DNA of 64,000 bases, taken from assembly GCF_035084215.1 (NCBI RefSeq), contig NC_090367.1, positions 9,054,001-9,118,000 on the forward strand, written 5' to 3'. The first letter of the stretch is position 1, and the number at the start of each line of letters is the position of its first letter. The notes beneath the pieces were generated by a model, which was not told where the DNA came from, ran no database searches, and saw nothing but the letters and a program-made list of their open reading frames with translations. Below are positions 60,691-64,000 of this stretch, in pieces. This DNA is from Heptranchias perlo (lineage: Eukaryota). The position numbers and the translations under genes were made by a program.

Positions 60691-61427
60691 TGCTGTAGCC
60701 TCTACGGGTTGGCGAGATACTGTGGTCCTGTCACCCAGCTTTAGCTAAACTTGCAGCTACGTTATTTCCCCATGCCGTTATATTACACATTCTCTGTAGC
60801 TGTTAGACTGACAGCTGCGATATACTTTGTAGCGTTGACCAAACACTAATGCTTTACAACTTTCACTTAATATTTTTTACAACTTCCTTTCAGAAACCTC
60901 TGCCAACTTTCTGAGCTGCATGGTTCCAGCAAGGCCTTAATATACCTCACACGGCCATTAAAGAACGATCGTCTCAATCACCTGGATCCAAAGGTGCCAC
61001 TCAGCTGGACAGAGGCCAGAATTGCTGAGCGTGTAATAGTTTGACAGATCCTGCCATCAGGTACTTCCTCCCCTTTCCATTTGTGAGACTTAAATCGTGA
61101 CCTGGTTCCTGGTTCCCTCGAAGGGCTGCTAAGCCTCGTGCCCAAAGACTAATATTTATTACTGTGCAGGATGCAACGCTGGTCTGTCCCGCAGCTGCGA
61201 TGCCCCTGCAGCTGAATAGCCGTCCGGCACCCACTGTCCAGGCCCACGAAACAGTCTGTTGGTTTGCTGCTTTGTCAGGACCTGTTATAGCTGGAAACAC
61301 CTGGCAGTGCCGGAAATGTGTCAATCATTTGGGTCAGAAGGACTTCCTAGCTTTCCAGGATTAACGCTTTCTACATTCAGTTTCACGACTGCCAAACTTA
61401 ATCCCGCCCTGGTTTGGCCTGACATCC

Positions 61428-61975
61428 ACATAGAACAGAATCATACAACACAGGAGGAGGCCATTCGGCCCATCGTGCCTATGCTGGCTCTTTGAAAGAG
61501 CTGTCCAATTAGTCCCACTCCCCCGGCTCTTTCCCCGTAGCCCTGCAAATTTTTCCCTTTTCAAGTCTTTCGGACGAGACGTTAAACCGAGGTCCCCGTC
61601 TGCCCCTTCTCAGGTGGACGTAAAAGATCCCACGGCCACTACTGGAAGAAGAGCAGGGGGAGTTCTCCCCGGTGTCCTGGGGCCAATATTTATCCCTCAA
61701 CCAACATCAATAAAAAAAAATACAGATCATCTGGTCATTGTCACATTGCTGTTTGTGGGATCATGCTGTGCACAAATCGGTTGCCTACATTACAACAGTG
61801 CCCACACTTCAAAAAGTAATTCATTGGCTGTAAAGCGCTTTGGGACGTCCCGAGGCTGCAAAAGGCGCTGGAATAAATGCAAGTTCTTTCTTTATTTCTC
61901 TAATTCCCTTTTGAAAGTTACTGTTGAATTTGCTTCCTTTCAGGCAGCGCATTGCAGATCAGAACTCCCTGTGTT
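61428..61975. mobile_element. CR1 3' end (minus) interrupted by a Deu-SINE (61566-61895, plus)
   Basis: CR1 breaks at TTCAAGT and resumes as TAATTCCCTTTTGAAAG. Confidence 0.82.
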
Positions 61976-62737
61976 TAGAGAAAAAAAACACTTCTGAACT
62001 GACATATTTTTCTGCTGCAATTCTGATTTAAGTTCCAGGATTTTACCAGGTTGCACAAAAGGTTTTTTTTTGCACTATTTTAAACTCCACATGTGGGCAG
62101 CAGTGCCGGACATTGCCAAACCAAAAAGAGAGAGAGAATGTGTACAGTCGAGGGCGGGACTTGTGGGACTTTCCCACCCATGTGACTTCTTGCAAATCCT
62201 CCAGTGTTTTCTCCTTACAATAAAATGAAACTGAAGCCTCCAATAAAGGGAAGCTCGGCTGTCCGGGTTGTGGCTTTTCTGCAGGGAGACAGCGCTCGAG
62301 TGACAGAAGTCTCTTGTTCTGTCCCGGACTGAGAGCTGAATTCTCCTTTCTCTGCCCCCACCCCCTCTACCTTCAGCCCTTGCACCGTGTGCTTCCCCGG
62401 AAGGTTTATGAAGTTTAACAACTTATCCTCACCGTCCAGTATGGCTTGCAAAACCCTCGATTTCTCCCCCGAGTTTGAGACGGACGATTCCAGCCAGAGT
62501 TCTGAAAAGGTAACGCAAAAGACGATAACAAGTCTGGTTGCTGCTTTGTTAATGACTGATCTGTCTGGAAGTTTGGTGAGTGGGGATTTGTGCGCAAAGA
62601 AAAAAAAATCAGGAACTCCTGCTGTCGGCCGGCACATGCACGATGGGCCGAATGGCTGTATCAGTCCATGATTTGTGAAATGACTGCACAATAACAGCAG
62701 GCACATGGCCAATGCGTTGGACATCCCACCTCTGTTA

Positions 62738-63152
62738 AGTGTCAGCTTGGCTCTGTTGGTATCTCTCTCTCTCTCTCCCCTCTAAGTCAGAAGGTTGTGG
62801 GTTTGAGCCCCATTCCAGAGACTTGAGCCCCATAACACTGACAGTGCCAGTGCTGAGGGAGTGTTGCACTGTCGGAGGTGCCGTCTTTTAGATGAGATGT
62901 TAAACCGAGGCCCTGTCTACCATTTCAGGTGGATGTAAAAGATCTCATGCCCACTATTGGAAGAAGAGCAGGGGAGTTCTCCCCTGTGTCCTGGGCCAGT
63001 ATTTATCCCTCAACCAACACCACTAAAAAAACAGCCTAACTGATTTGCTGTTTGTGGGATCTTGCTGTGTGCAAATTGGCTGCTGGGTTTGCCTACATTA
63101 CAACAGGCGAGTTCATAGGCTGAACACTTTGGGATGTCTGGCGGACGTGAAA
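62738..63152 (+). mobile_element. Near full-length Deu-domain SINE
   Basis: tRNA-like head TGGCTCTGTTGG...GGGTTTGAGCCC, Deu core and tail. Confidence 0.8.
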
Positions 63153-63391
63153 AACCGCGGCCTAAAAAAAGCACTTTGACAATGGGAGGTATATTTTTGG
63201 GGAGGGAGAGGTGCCCCTTGCCCAGGGTCCTGCGATCAATATCCTTTCTCTTGATGTATCCAGGATTACGAGGGCAACGGCAAAAAACTAAGACGAAGAG
63301 AAAAGAACCGAATTGCTGCGCAGAAAAGTCGACAAAAGCAGACACAGAGGGCAGATAACTTACACCAGGTAATAAACAGTGGCGGGCTAGA

Positions 63392-64000
63392 GCACGTGCT
63401 CGTGTCGGCGTGCGCTCATGGTCAGACTGTGCTCGTGTCAGACTGTACTCGTGTCGGCACGTACGCGCGTCAGACTGTGCTCGTGTCGATGCGGGCTCGT
63501 GTCAGACTGTACTCGTGTCGATGCGGGCTCGTGTCAGACTGTGCTCGTGTCAGACTGTACTCGTGTCGGCACGTACTCGTGTCGGCACGTACTCGTGTCG
63601 GCACGTACTCGTGTCAGACTGTACTCGTGTCGATGCGGGCTCGTGTCAGACTGTGCTCGTGTCAGACTGTACTCATGTCGACGCGGGCTCGTGTCAGACT
63701 GTGCTCATGTCAGACTGTACTCGTGTTGCTGCGGGCTCATGTCAGACTGTGCTCGTGTCGGACTGTACTAGTGTCAGACTGTGCTCGTGTCGACGCGGGC
63801 TCGTGTCAGACTGTGCTCGTGTCAGCACGTGCTCGCGTCAGACTGTACTCGTGTCGATGCGGGCTCGTGTCAGACTGTACTCGTGTCGGCTCATGTCAGA
63901 CTGTACTCGTGTCGACGCGGGCTCGTGTCAGACTGTACTCGTGTTGACGCGGGCTCGTGTCAGACTGTACTCGTGTCGGCGCGTGCTCGTGTCGGCGCGT
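63392..64000. repeat. 16-bp CpG-rich minisatellite, runs off the window
   Basis: CTCGTGTCAGACTGT(A/G) / CTCGTGTCGATGCGGG variants. Confidence 0.93.

Noticed and set aside
62470..62501. Resemblance of LWLESSVSN to the TOP6BL C-terminus (RBM4 neighbour in mammals)
   Set aside because: The match is too short and from memory only; not supportable without a search

Overview
Eukaryotic, repeat-rich vertebrate DNA. The repeat repertoire (CR1 and L2 LINEs, Deu-domain SINEs, Penelope-like elements, Harbingers) points to a cartilaginous fish (shark). The only confident host genes are two divergently transcribed, very GC-rich RBM4-family paralogs (4556-5317 minus; 13111-13878 plus). Each has an uninterrupted CDS with two RRMs, no CCHC knuckle and a Pro/Arg/Tyr tail, and they share a conserved X-box/CRE/TATA/YY1/Inr promoter. 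The rest is nested mobile DNA and minisatellites: a 5'-truncated but frame-intact Neptune-like Penelope element; three ~200-230 bp palindromic derivatives of it carrying hammerhead-ribozyme-like cores with covarying stems and 12-16 bp TSDs; a second fold-back Penelope-type element split by three insertions; a complete two-gene Harbinger and a degraded one; one clear and one probable solo LTR; a Tx1 fragment; and at least eight tandem arrays. There is a 200-N assembly gap at 15228-15427. Boundaries of old repeats are approximate (read by eye).
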